From Eledone cirrhosa (taxonomy: Eukaryota), in contig OZ024740.1 in assembly GCA_964016885.1 (NCBI GenBank), forward strand, positions 123,008,001 through 123,072,000: DNA of 64,000 nucleotides, written 5' to 3'. The notes below the pieces were generated by a model. It did not search any database and had not been told where the DNA came from. It saw nothing but the letters and a program-made list of their open reading frames with translations. Both the position numbers and the translations under genes were made by a program. Below, piece after piece: positions 10,690-21,816 of the stretch. The first letter of the stretch is position 1. Every line of letters starts with the position of its first letter.

Positions 10690-12748
10690 ATGCTGACCAA
10701 AGTTGACCTCGATACCTCCATGAAAAACATACCGATCTCACCAAGGAAATTGTACTTAAAAACTCTTATTAGAAGGACCGATGAGTTCATCAAACGCATT
10801 AGATGGAGATCCTTTTTCTTCGACCACCCTGATGTAGCATCAACCAACAATGAGAAGTTCGCCTTTAAATCAAATAAGGCACCACCCACCAACAGTTTAC
10901 TTGAACCTTTTGAGGAAGATCTCTTCAAAATGATCAAAAATATTAAATTCCGCAGAGTCAACTTTCCATTCCAGACTGACTTAAGGGACAACGTACAGAA
11001 AATGAAGAGTTCCCCGAATCTCCACGTCCCTTCCGACAAAACAAAAAACGTCTATGAGGTTAACCAGGATACCTATAGGAAGCTGGCTAATAATGCGATT
11101 ATAGTAAATTACAAAACCGTGGATGAAACAGTACTGACTGACACTAACTTAGCCGGAAATAAACATCGCCATTTCCCTTAAACTGGAGATAGGACTGAAC
11201 ATTTGAGGGTAAAGGCCCCGCAGGGAAACTTCACCAATAAACCATCGGTCCGGCTAATAAACCCCACAATATCCGACATAGGATCTGTTAGCAAGAAGAT
11301 CCTGGACAGGATACTCCCGACACTGCGTGCAGCCTCACCCCCCCCCACTCTGGAATAGAACATCCGAAGCAATCTCATGGTTCCAAGAACTGCCTGACAA
11401 ACACAACACCCTTTTCCTGCAGCTTGACATTGAGGATTACTACGTCTCCATTTCTGAGTCCCTGCTGAAGGATGCAATTGCTTTCGCAAGAAACCTAACC
11501 ACCATAACGGACGCCGAGCATGATGTGATCCTCCATGCATGTAAGAACCTTTTGTACCATAACGGGTCCTACTGGATCAACAAAAAATCGGAGACTCCCT
11601 TCGATGTCAGCATGGGTGCTAGTGACTCGGCTGAGATTAGTGATCTGGTGGGCCTGTTTATCCTTAACCGGATGAAAACCCTCTTCACAGGTCTTACAGG
11701 TGGATTATACCGAGATGACGGCCTCTTTGCCCTGCATAAAATTAACCCCAGGACTACCGATGGACTTCGGAAAACCTTAATGCATTCTCCAATAAACTAG
11801 GCCTCAGATTAACTATAGATTCGAGTTTAACTAAAGCCAACTTCTTAGATGTAATTCTCGATTTAGAAACCTCCCTTTATTATCCGTACCACAAACCTGA
11901 CGAATCCCTTAGATATATAGACGTTAAGTCGAATCACCCCAAGAACATCACAGATAATTTAGTTAAAAGTGTCTCCCGTAGGATCTCTGGCCTCTCCGCC
12001 AATGAGATTATCTTTAGGGCCGCGGCCCCCTATTACAACGAAGCCCTAGCCCGTAGCGGTTTTAAAGATAAGATCTCTTATCTCAGAATAGCCCCACGCC
12101 CACCCAGGAGGAATAGGAAGAAACAAATTAGCTGGTACAACCACCCCTTCAAAAGCGAGGTATAGCAAACAATTTCTTTACACTATTGCACAAACACTTC
12201 CCCACCCAACATAGGTACTACACCATCTTTAATAAGAATAGAATCAGACCCTCTTACTCCACTACACCAAATCTAGCTCGGAACTTAGCCAATATTAATA
12301 TTACTAAGTTAAATAAGTCTACTACCTCCGAAACCCATCCCGGTACTGAGATCCTGTGCAACTGCCACGATAAGGATAAATGCCTTACAAAGGATATTGT
12401 ATACAAATGTGATGTCATCTAAGCCCTGATAAAGAGAAAAAGACGTATATCGGGATGACCTCCAACAACTTTAAGACCCGTTGGTACGCACACACCCATT
12501 CTTTTCGACGCCCGGACAAGTCCAACCAAACAACACTCGCCGCCCATGTCTGGGACCTAAAAAGGAACTCCATCCCCTTTACGCTCAAATGGAAACTACT
12601 CCAGAGAACGCGGTCTTACACAGGAGGCCATAATTGTTGTGACCTTTGTATTTCCGAGAGTTACGAAATACTATTCGCCAAAGGACCCTTACTCAATAGA
12701 CTCTCAGAACACTGCCCGAATTGCATGCACAAAAACTATGCAACTTAA
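10690..12748 (+). pseudogene. Near full-length Penelope-like (YRDDGL, Naiad-like) RT + GIY-YIG ORF, frameshifted
   Basis: MKNIP..RWRSFF, SDKT, LDIEDYY, MGASDSAE, GLYRDDGL, NFLDV, SNHP, CNC, VYKC..YIG, CDLCISE..LLNR..CMH, spread over ORFs 10657, 11327, 12186 and 12455 with stops and frameshifts. Confidence 0.9.
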
Positions 12749-13387
12749 AAGTCATATAGACCAGTTCTTCCCCATGAACGATGATCCCATGAGAAAACGG
12801 AATCGACATTAAACATTAAACACACTCCCCCGTGCCGCCTTTCATCCCAACCCTACCTTCGTTTTGTTACCTTTCAAACTTATAACTTATACTTTACATT
12901 TCTCTACGTGTATTTTATGTTAATTAATTTTAATTTATGTTATTTGATGGTTTTTCAAATCTTGATTGTTTCCAAAATTTTACTCTTTGTGTATTTTTAA
13001 ATGTGTTTATATGTGTATATATATATATATATACGTATATATGTGTATGTGTGTATGGGTGTATATGTATGTATATATGTGTATATTTGTGTGTGTGTAT
13101 GTATATGCATATGTATGTGTGTGTATATATATATATGTGTATGTATGTATATATATGTATGTAACTATGTATTTATATATGTATGTATATATATATATAT
13201 ATATATGTATATGTCAGGTCACAAGTTGATGCTACTGGTAACCTGTATCCCAGTACAACTTGTCTCATGAGAGTTTTCAAGTCGCTGGCTGGACTAAAAT
13301 GTCACACCTGTTCAGCGCATCGGTAGAGGTTCTCCTACATGGATATAAAGTAGTGGCCGAACTCGAAAACGAGTTGGCCGCCACCAT
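12749..13387 (+). mobile_element. 3' tail of the PLE, ending in a GC-rich hairpin
   Basis: Terminal gtggccgaactcg-aaaa-cgagttggccgc. Homologous to the minus strand of 42185-42705. Confidence 0.55.
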
Positions 13388-13725
13388 ATATGTATGTATA
13401 TGTATATATATATGTATATATATATGTGTGTATATATATATGTATATTTATATATGTATATAAATGTATATATGTATATTTTTTGTATATATGATTATAT
13501 ATGTATATGTATATATGTATATATATATGTATATATGTAAATGTATATATGTATATATGTATATATATATATATGTATATATATGTATATGTATATATAT
13601 GTATATATATGTATGTATATATATGTATATATGTGTATGTATATATGTATATATATGTAGGCATGTATATATATGTATATGTATGTATATATGTATATGT
13701 ATATATGATATTATATATATGTATA
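13386..13725. repeat. (TA/TATATG)n compound microsatellite
   Basis: Directly visible. Similar tracts at 12990-13212, 17662-17815, 19948-20450, 20795-20892, 27616-27670 and 38297-38344. Confidence 0.95.
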
Positions 13726-13894
13726 TTAGAAAGTGAGGTTTTTTTTACAAAATGAAAAATAACCGAAGTGTCCTACACGAGTGAAAGTATAAAGAAAAAG
13801 AGATGAAATCGAAAATGCAACTGTAGTCTTATTTTTTTTAAAAATATATATATTTATTTGGTTCCTTTACCGGTTTCGCAGTTCTTCTGCTTTT

Positions 13895-14094
13895 NNNNNN
13901 NNNNNNNNNNNNNNNNNNNNNNNNNNNNNNNNNNNNNNNNNNNNNNNNNNNNNNNNNNNNNNNNNNNNNNNNNNNNNNNNNNNNNNNNNNNNNNNNNNNN
14001 NNNNNNNNNNNNNNNNNNNNNNNNNNNNNNNNNNNNNNNNNNNNNNNNNNNNNNNNNNNNNNNNNNNNNNNNNNNNNNNNNNNNNNNNNNNNNN
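13895..14094. other. Assembly gap (200 N)
   Basis: Run of N. Confidence 1.
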
Positions 14095-17000
14095 CCCCCA
14101 AACGCAATCCAAAACTTCAGATTTGGTACCTTGAATGTAGGCACCTTAAAGGGTCGCTCTAACGAGGTTGTAGAAATGCTTGAACGTAAGGAGGTCGATG
14201 TTTGTTGTATTCAAGAGACCAGGTGGAGGGGTGGATCTGCTAGATACATTGTGGGTAGAAAACGATGCTATAAGCTTTTCTGGGTGGGAAACGACAATGG
14301 GCTGGGTGGAGTAGGAATCATGGTAGCAGAAAAGTGGGCAGATAAGATAATAGACGTAAATAGAGTGAACGACAGAATAATTAAAATAAGACTTGTCCTC
14401 AATAGAACTACGGTGACAGTAATATCCGCGTACGCACCCCAATCCGGACTGCCCAGCACTATAAAAGACAGATTCTATGAGACACTGATGCTCACTACCT
14501 CCCAAATAACCGACAGTGACTATATAATTATTGCAGGCGACCTAAACGGTCACGTTGGACAACATTGTGATGGCTACGATGAAATCCATGGAGGCTATGA
14601 GTTTGGTACTAGAAATGAAGAAGGCTCCAGAATCATGGAATTCTGCGACGCAAATAACCTAACTATCTGCAACACTAACTTCAAAAAACGAGACAATCAC
14701 TTGATCACCTACAGATCAGGGGAACATACTAGCCAGGTAGATTATATCCTTACCAGAAGAGGTGACAAAGTGACTGTCGTAAACACTAAATCCCTCCCCC
14801 ATGAAGAATGCACTTCCCAACATAGACTGATAATTAGCGACCTAATAGTCAGGACGAGACGTACTAGACAACAGAAGAGGACTATCCTCAGGAGAAAAAT
14901 ATGGAAGCTAAAGGACCCCACAGCCAAAAATAAATTCCAAAGCATATTACTTGATGCTTTCGACAGTGAGGAAGAGCAATTAGAGACGTACAAGGTAGAG
15001 GAACAGTGGGAATTCCTGAAAGCAAACCTGCTGACGGCGGCAGACGAGGTCTGTGGCTGGAGCAGGCCTGTAGGCAGGAGGAGAGTAACATGGTGGTGGA
15101 ACAGTAAGGTGGAGGGGTCAATTAAGGCCAAAAAGCAGGCTTGGAAAGTATGGCGGGATGGGGGAAGCAGAGAAGACTATCAAGTGGCCAGGAGGGAAGC
15201 TAGGAGACAAGTGTACATCGCAAGAAGGGAAGCAGAGGAAAGAAAGTTCAAGCATGTTCTACAACGTGAGGACCAAAAACGTGAGGTGTTCAGGATTGCT
15301 AGGCAATGTGTCAAGGAAAACCGTGATATTGTCAGGGAGAAGTGTGTACTTAACGATGACGGCGTACTTGCCATCACCGACGCCGATAAGAAGGTAGCTT
15401 GGAAGTGTCACTATGAAAGGCTACTAAATGAGGAGAATAAATGGGAGAAAGACAGTCTCCCCCACATTGACCCAATAGAGGGACCAGCAGTGTTAGTCGA
15501 GGGTAGTATAATAAGTAAGGCAATCAAAGATATGAAGACCGGCAAGGCGGCTTGGCCTTCGGAAATAGTTGCTGAGATGCTGAAGGCATCTGGTTCGGTG
15601 GGACACACCATGGTCACCCGGATAGTTAACCAAGTCGTACAGAATGGGGTTGTTCCGAAGGACTGGCGTAGCAGCATCATCGTTAACTGCTATAAGGGAA
15701 AAGGAGATGCCCTAGATAGGAGTAACTATAGAGGCATTAAATTAATCGACCAGGTCATGAAGGTCACGGAAAAAGTAATAGCGCAACTAATCAGAGAGAG
15801 AATTGATCTAGATGAAATGCAGTTCGGGTTTGTGTCAGGCAAAAGTACCACAGACGCTCTTTTCATTGTACGACAACTACAGGAGAAGTACCTAGCTAAA
15901 AGTAAACCCCTATACTTAGCTTTCGTCGACTTGGAGAAAGCCTTCGACAGAGTCCCCCGTTCCATTATCTGGTGGTCTCTTAGAAAACTAGGTGTTGACG
16001 AATGGCTTGTGAGAGCTATACAAGCTATGTATAAAGAAACAGTCAGTAAGGTTAGAATTAACAACGAATATAGTGAAGAGTTTAGCGTAAAAGTTGGTGT
16101 CCATCAGGGCTCTGTTCTTAGCCCCCTACTATTTATTATTGCCCTACAGGCTATAACAGAGGAGTTCAAGACCGGCTGCCCATGGGAACTCCTATACGCA
16201 GATGATCTAACGCTCATAGCTGAATCAATGACCGAACTAGAGAAGAAATTCCAAACATGGAAGCACGGCCTAGAATCAAAAGGCCTTAAAATTAACCTGG
16301 CTAAGACTAAAGTTCTAGTTTGTAGGAAAGAAAATAAGGCGGCAGTCCCATCTGGGAAATGGCCATGCTCAGTGTGTAGGAAAGGCGTAGGTAGAAACTC
16401 CATTTTATGTCCCAAATGCAAAGTATGGGTGCATAAAAGATGTAGTGGGATCACAGGTAAGCTAACTAAGAACATAGATTTTACATGTGGCCGGTGCTCT
16501 GGTGCAATAAGTAGCAGCAAGTGCCCACAAAATACTAGCTCCTTCAACTGCGCAGAGGGTTCTATAGAAATAGTGGACAGCTTCCGTTACCTGGGTGACA
16601 AAATCAGCAGTGGGGGAGGGTGCTCTGAAAGTACAGTAGCTAGAGTCAGAACTGGATGGAAAAAGTTCAGAGAGCTTATACAACTATTAGCCGCTAGAGG
16701 GTTCTCCCTAAAAATGAAAGGCAGGTTATACGATGCCTGCATACGAACAGCAATGCTGCATGGCAGTGAGACCTGGGCATTGTGTGCAGAGGATATACGC
16801 AGACTAGAGAGGAACGAAGCTTGCATGCTCCGCTGGATGTGCAATAGTAATATACGTGAACGGCAAAGCATAAACGAACTAAGGAAAAAATTAGAAATAA
16901 GAGGGATCAGATGTTGTTTACTCGAGAGAAGGCTACGTTGGTACGGTCACGTGATGCGCATGAAAGACGACAGCTGTATAACAAAGTGCAGGGCAATAAA

Positions 17001-17151
17001 GATAGACGGTAGCCACGGAGTAGGCAGACCCAGAAAAACATGGGACGAGCTGATAAATTCCAACCTCACACGCTTACACCTCTCCAAGACAATGTCACTG
17101 GACCGAAACCTTTGGCGGTACTCAGTAATAGAGAAGACCCGCCTTACCTAA
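14095..17151 (+). CDS. RTE-clade LINE ORF: APE endonuclease + reverse transcriptase with internal PHD-like finger; start codon lost in gap
   Basis: GTLNVGTL, IQETRW, SAYAPQ, GDLNGHVG, VDYIL, SQHRL; NYRGIKL, QFGF, FVDLEKAFD, GVHQGS, LYADD (16195-16206), FRYLG, RLRWYGHV, GRPRKTW. No stops from the gap to 17151. Confidence 0.95.
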   Translation, partial: PPNAIQNFRFGTLNVGTLKGRSNEVVEMLERKEVDVCCIQETRWRGGSARYIVGRKRCYKLFWVGNDNGLGGVGIMVAEKWADKIIDVNRVNDRIIKIRLVLNRTTVTVISAYAPQSGLPSTIKDRFYETLMLTTSQITDSDYIIIAGDLNGHVGQHCDGYDEIHGGYEFGTRNEEGSRIMEFCDANNLTICNTNFKKRDNHLITYRSGEHTSQVDYILTRRGDKVTVVNTKSLPHEECTSQHRLIISDLIVRTRRTRQQKRTILRRKIWKLKDPTAKNKFQSILLDAFDSEEEQLETYKVEEQWEFLKANLLTAADEVCGWSRPVGRRRVTWWWNSKVEGSIKAKKQAWKVWRDGGSREDYQVARREARRQVYIARREAEERKFKHVLQREDQKREVFRIARQCVKENRDIVREKCVLNDDGVLAITDADKKVAWKCHYERLLNEENKWEKDSLPHIDPIEGPAVLVEGSIISKAIKDMKTGKAAWPSEIVAEMLKASGSVGHTMVTRIVNQVVQNGVVPKDWRSSIIVNCYKGKGDALDRSNYRGIKLIDQVMKVTEKVIAQLIRERIDLDEMQFGFVSGKSTTDALFIVRQLQEKYLAKSKPLYLAFVDLEKAFDRVPRSIIWWSLRKLGVDEWLVRAIQAMYKETVSKVRINNEYSEEFSVKVGVHQGSVLSPLLFIIALQAITEEFKTGCPWELLYADDLTLIAESMTELEKKFQTWKHGLESKGLKINLAKTKVLVCRKENKAAVPSGKWPCSVCRKGVGRNSILCPKCKVWVHKRCSGITGKLTKNIDFTCGRCSGAISSSKCPQNTSSFNCAEGSIEIVDSFRYLGDKISSGGGCSESTVARVRTGWKKFRELIQLLAARGFSLKMKGRLYDACIRTAMLHGSETWALCAEDIRRLERNEACMLRWMCNSNIRERQSINELRKKLEIRGIRCCLLERRLRWYGHVMRMKDDSCITKCRAIKIDGSHGVGRPRKTWDELINSNLTRLHLSKTMSLDRNLWRYSVIEKTRLT

Positions 17152-17661
17152 ATACAAAGTAAAAACCTACTACAGTCAGTAGGCATCTCTATCAAAACAC
17201 CCCCCCGTGCCACCACCTCCACCCCATCCACACCGCCCCTTTCAATGTAAAGTTATGTTGGTCCCACAACATCCAGGCCGAAACAAATGAGATCGTGTAG
17301 GTGTCACGATAAAAAAACACACAGTCCACGCTGTAAATGTGGCCGTGTAGGCAACACGGTAAAAACCTCCCAGCCCCACACTATAAATGTGGTTGGTGTT
17401 AGGAAGGGCATCCAGCTGTAGAAAACCCGCCAGACAGTCCACGCTGTAATGTGGCCATGTAGGCAACACGGTAAAAACCTCCCAGCCCCACACTGTAAAT
17501 GTGGTTGGTGTTAGGAAGGGCATCCAACTGTAGAAAACCCGCCAGACAGTCCTATGTGAGCAAGACAACCACTCTTGCCTCAAGTGAGAAAATCCCCGTC
17601 CAAACCCATGCAAGCGTGGAACACGGACGCTAAGCCTGATGATGATGATGATGATGATGAT
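17152..17661 (+). mobile_element. RTE 3' UTR with ~115-bp tandem duplication and (GAT)n tail
   Basis: Unit acagtccacgctgtaa...aggaagggcatcc..gtagaaaacccgccag occurs twice; (gat)8 tail follows. Confidence 0.9.
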
Positions 17662-17670
17662 GTATATATG

Positions 17671-17717
<47 letters not shown>

Positions 17718-17726
17718 GTATATATG

Positions 17727-17761
<35 letters not shown>

Positions 17762-18078
17762 ATATATATATATATGTATATGTATATATATGTATATATA
17801 TATATATATATATATGATAGTTAAAAGAATAGAGGTGTAACACACAAGTTATTATATATTGGTAAACGGAATAGAAAATGCTGACAAATTGTTCACAGTT
17901 GAAAAGTGGTTTAATTAGGAATAAAAGAGTATTAGTGATTGTATGGGTTAGTATTCAGTTGTGGTTTTAAGTTTTTAAGTTTTTACTGGTTGCGCATTTC
18001 TAAATGCTTTTCAAAAATAATTTTGAGATAGAGTGTCCGTGCTGTTTGCTCTGATCTGATTAGTTTTGGGAATTCTAC

Positions 18079-18308
18079 CTGTTTTTATGTTAAAAAAGTG
18101 GCTCCAGCGTTATTTTTGTGTTGCAAAAATTCTTGTGGTCAAAACAATTTTGATTGGTCGGTAGAGGTCATGTGAATGTAAAAAGTTGATTTTGCGCCAA
18201 GACTGTTTTTATGTTAAAAAAGTGGCTCCAGCAAAAATACTTGGTCAAAACAATTTTGATTGGTCGGTAGAGGTCATGTGAATAAAAAATTGGTTTTGCG
18301 CCAAGATT
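18079..18308. repeat. ~125-bp tandem duplication
   Basis: tgtttttatgttaaaaaagtggctccagc...tggtcggtagaggtcatgtgaa...ttttgcgccaaga occurs twice. Confidence 0.8.
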
Positions 18309-18984
18309 GAGAAATGACTCTTTCACAACAAATATGTGTGTGTATCTGTGTGTGTGTGTGTGTGTGTGTGTAGTAGTAGTAGTAAGGTGTTCGATGCTGC
18401 GACAATGGCCAGCAGCGATGTGTGTCAAATGGCTATTAAGATAAGTGTGTGTGTGTGTGTGTGTGTATAGCAGAGTAATTCGTGGTGGCAGGGATGGTCA
18501 GTAAGAATGTGTTTGAAAGCAATGGGGGCTATTTTAGCATGTCAAAAGATATTTTTCAGCTTTTGTCTTATACGGAGAAGTGCGTGTGTGTGTGTGTATA
18601 TAAGTCTCTTTGTATGTTGATGTACGCGTGTGTATGTGTTTGTGTATATATGTGTGTGTGTGTGTGTGTGGGTGGACCAGTATTTTTTCCCCCTGGTAAA
18701 ATGGTGTACATTATTCGATTTTTTCAGTAAAATCGGTTCTCTTAATAGAACATCAAAAATCTTAATAAAAGGTGTGAAATGATATTCACTATATATATAT
18801 ACACATACATATATTCACTACATATATATATATATATACATATATACATACATATATATGCACATATATTTTTTTGTATTGCACCAAAGAGCATGTGTGT
18901 TTACGTGTGTCATTGTGTTTATATGTGGGTAAAGATGTGTGCTGATGTAGGTATGTATGTTGACGTGTGTATGTTGTGGGTGCG

Positions 18985-19605
18985 TCTTAGGGAGAAGTGT
19001 TTAGACGGGGTCCGTATTTGTTAATGAAGTAAGATTCCTTGCTGATGCGCTGGGTGTGGGTGGCATTATCTTTAAATTTGTAGAGGGGAAAGATTCTGAA
19101 GTTGGGATGATTTTAGGCGGCACAGGTATCAATGTGTTCACTCAGTGGTATTTTCCTGTATTCCCGTATTTTAATTTGGGATCTATGGACAGTCATGCGT
19201 TGGCGGAGGCTGTTTTTGGTCTGGCCTATGTATTGTTCTCGACAATCTGAACAAGTTAATACATATATTAGATTTTCCGATGCACATGTGAAATTGTGTT
19301 TTACTATAAAACGTTGTCCATCTTTGAAATAGAATTCCGAACCCTCTATTAGGTTGATGCATATGCCACAGTTGGGTCTATCGCATTTTTTTACTGTGGG
19401 TTTCGTTGTTGTGGTTGGCAGTACTTTTGCATTGACTTGGATTGTCTTTTGCTCTTTATGATATCGTGTGTTCGTAGAATTTGGTTCATTCTATGGTCCT
19501 TTTTCAATACAGGGATGTTCTGGAGGATGGTGTCAAAGGCCTCATTGTTGAGGGGGTTGTGTGTGGAGATGTATGGAAGAGCTTTTAGTTTTGGTTGATT
19601 TACTT
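18985..19605 (-). pseudogene. Penelope-like GIY-YIG endonuclease fragment
   Basis: Minus strand reads LPYISTHNP...KKCDRPNCGIC...FTCASENLIYVLTCSDCREQYIGQT..LRQRMTVHRSQI..LSEHI. Confidence 0.85.
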
Positions 19606-19856
19606 AAAACGAGAATTACGGTACTAAATATAATATTATATTATATTATATTATATTTAGTACCGTAATTCTCGCTGTATATCACCACTTGTGTTTAGCT
19701 TTAGTTTTTGCATTGTACTATATTTGTAATATGGTTCAAAATGTTATTCACTTCCTTAGCAATTTTTACTTGATAATTTTCCTATGCTTTAATGTATGTA
19801 TACTCCATATTCTTCTGAGTCTTTGGCTTGTATTGGCCGATAGTGCTTCTTATAGC

Positions 19857-19908
19857 TTTATTTGCCCTGATGAGTCCTTAATAGGACGAAACATTGTTGG
19901 CTAATAAA
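19857..19908 (+). ncRNA. Canonical minimal type I hammerhead ribozyme
   Basis: tttatttgcc CTGATGA gtcct-taat-aggac GAAA c-att-g TT ggctaataaa. Confidence 0.88.
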
Positions 19909-19945
19909 GACTTTTGATGTATTGAAGGCTGCTTTGGTTTATTTC

Positions 19946-19992
<47 letters not shown>

Positions 19993-20714
19993 GTGTATAT
20001 GTGTATATGTAAATATATATATATATATATATACATATGTATATATATATATATGTGTGTATATGTGTGTATATATATATATGTATATATATATACGTAT
20101 ATATCTGTATATATATATGTGTGTGTATGTATATATATGTGTATATATATATATGTGTAGGTATATATATATACATATGTATATGTGTGTGTGTATGTAT
20201 ATATATATACGTATATATGTGTATATATATGTGTGTGTATGTATATATATGTGTGTATATATATATATGTGTAGGTATATATATATACATATGTATATGT
20301 GTGTGTGTATGTATATATATATGTGTGTGTATATATATGTATATATATATATGTGTATATATATATATATGTATATATTTATATACATGTGTATGTGTGT
20401 CTGTATATATGAATATGTATGTGTATATATGTATTTATGTACGTGTGTGTGCTTGTGACCTTGTACTAACCTACCATTTCTACAGATCTTCGATCAACTA
20501 CTTGATATACCTTTTGTTCAAAATTGTACTATATAATAAAGAAGTGTTTATTTCAATTGCAACTTGACACTAAACCCCTTTCTCTAAATAAATGTTGTTT
20601 TTTCTAAGAATCCCCATCCTTTAATCCCACTATGACCTCCAGCCACCCACCTAACCACTACCCTTCCCTTACCTTGACCAAATGTATAAATACGAGAAAT
20701 CTACATAGACAGTC

Positions 20715-20765
20715 GGGTTCCTGATGATTTCCTCCGAATGAAACAGTTCTAGTCCTGTAGAAGCC
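20715..20765 (+). ncRNA. Type I hammerhead ribozyme, GUA site
   Basis: gggttc CTGATGA tttc-ctcc-gaat GAAA cag-ttctagtc-ctg TA gaagcc. Confidence 0.75.
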
Positions 20766-20789
20766 ATTTCTATATTATATTACACACAC

Positions 20790-20821
<32 letters not shown>

Positions 20822-20840
20822 ATGGTGTGTGGTGTGTGTG

Positions 20841-20872
<32 letters not shown>

Positions 20873-21588
20873 TGCGTGTGTGTTTGTGTGTGTCTATCTA
20901 TATAAATATATACACCACCTTCACTACTAATTGTTTTGACAGATGTCTTTAACCGATTGATACCAAATACTATTTGGTCCGTACTTCGTGCGTAAGTATA
21001 TATATATATATATATATAAAGATTCAGCGAGAATCGCATTTCGGCGGGCAGGAAAGGCGAAGCGAAGCGAAGCGCAAAAATCATAAATGAGACTGGCAAA
21101 ATGCTCAATAGTTAAAAACAAGAGATATGTGTTAAGAAGCCATACAAAACTGAAGAGGTGGTCAAGAAGGCATTAACCACCCAAGCCAAAAACCAAATCA
21201 AGCTAAACAGGTCAAAACAAAATAAATGATAACCAGACCCGGATTCCCGGAATTGCTGTTAAAATCCGATGTAAAGTTTCTGTGACACCTAAATCAAAAT
21301 ACAGTCTGCTTAAAAATATAAGCTTTGGGTATAATGATCGAACAAGGAATATCACGTTATCAACAGGTATTTCGCTCTGTATAAATAAGTGAATGACACG
21401 GTGGTAAGTTAAACCACGTGTGGAAATCACAAGGGGAATAACTCCAGATTTTGGCAAAGTAATTCAGTAAGTGTATATCATTCACAAAATAGCATAAATA
21501 GCAAAAATCGAATAAGTTCTCAACCGGGTGGTTATATATATATATCAATGATATTGATAAATGGAAACTATATTTATAAAACAATGTT

Positions 21589-21649
21589 TATTCTATTATA
21601 TATATTTCAAGGGTACCAAAACTTTGGTACGTTCTCATCAGATAAAATA
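21589..21649 (-). ncRNA. Type I hammerhead ribozyme
   Basis: Minus strand: tattttat CTGATGA gaac-gtaccaaa-gt-tttggtac-cctt GAAA tatata TA atagaata. Confidence 0.72.
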
Positions 21650-21755
21650 CAAAGTTTGTTTTATAAATATTGAGATACGGTTCGACTATCCAGGCGAAAC
21701 TTGAATCCTTAAGGTATCACTCCTTGGTATGTCAATATTTATAAAACAAACTTTG

Positions 21756-21816
21756 TATTTTATCTGCTGAGAGCGTACCAACATTTTGTTACCCTTGAAA
21801 TATATATAATAGAATA
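21756..21816 (+). ncRNA. Mutated hammerhead (core CTGCTGA)
   Basis: Mirror of 21589-21649 with A6 changed to C and a weakened stem II. Confidence 0.5.

Noticed and set aside
10690-12748. Selenocysteine recoding, reported for some Naiad-type PLEs
   Set aside because: The Cys positions inspected are TGC/TGT, the stops seen are TAA/TAG or frameshift-related, and no clear SECIS was found by eye.
10632-13385. tggcgg / ccgcca apparently bracketing the PLE like TIRs
   Set aside because: Only 6-7 bp with no TSD; the right side is part of the PLE terminal hairpin.
13860-13894. Minus-strand GAAA ccgg TA preceded by a gcag/ctgc hairpin
   Set aside because: Only the 3' half of a hammerhead; the core is absent or lies in the gap.
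13858-14094. Track start of the 1097-aa ORF upstream of the gap
   Set aside because: Read-through of Ns; the sequence left of the gap is a different repeat.
14146-16871. Antisense ORFs over the RTE (also 44309-45250, 54819-55937, 62074-62840)
   Set aside because: Shadow frames of the RT coding strand with no independent motifs.
17320-18308. Spaced direct repeats resembling an array
   Set aside because: Simple tandem duplications without unique spacers, in a eukaryotic context; not CRISPR.
12937-20567. Many 60-180 aa ORFs rich in Y/I/C/V/M/H/T
   Set aside because: They are translations of (TA)/(TG) microsatellites, which lack stop codons.
21150-21190. CTGAAGA + ggtggt/accacc stem
   Set aside because: Followed by CAAG rather than GAAA; no stem I or III.
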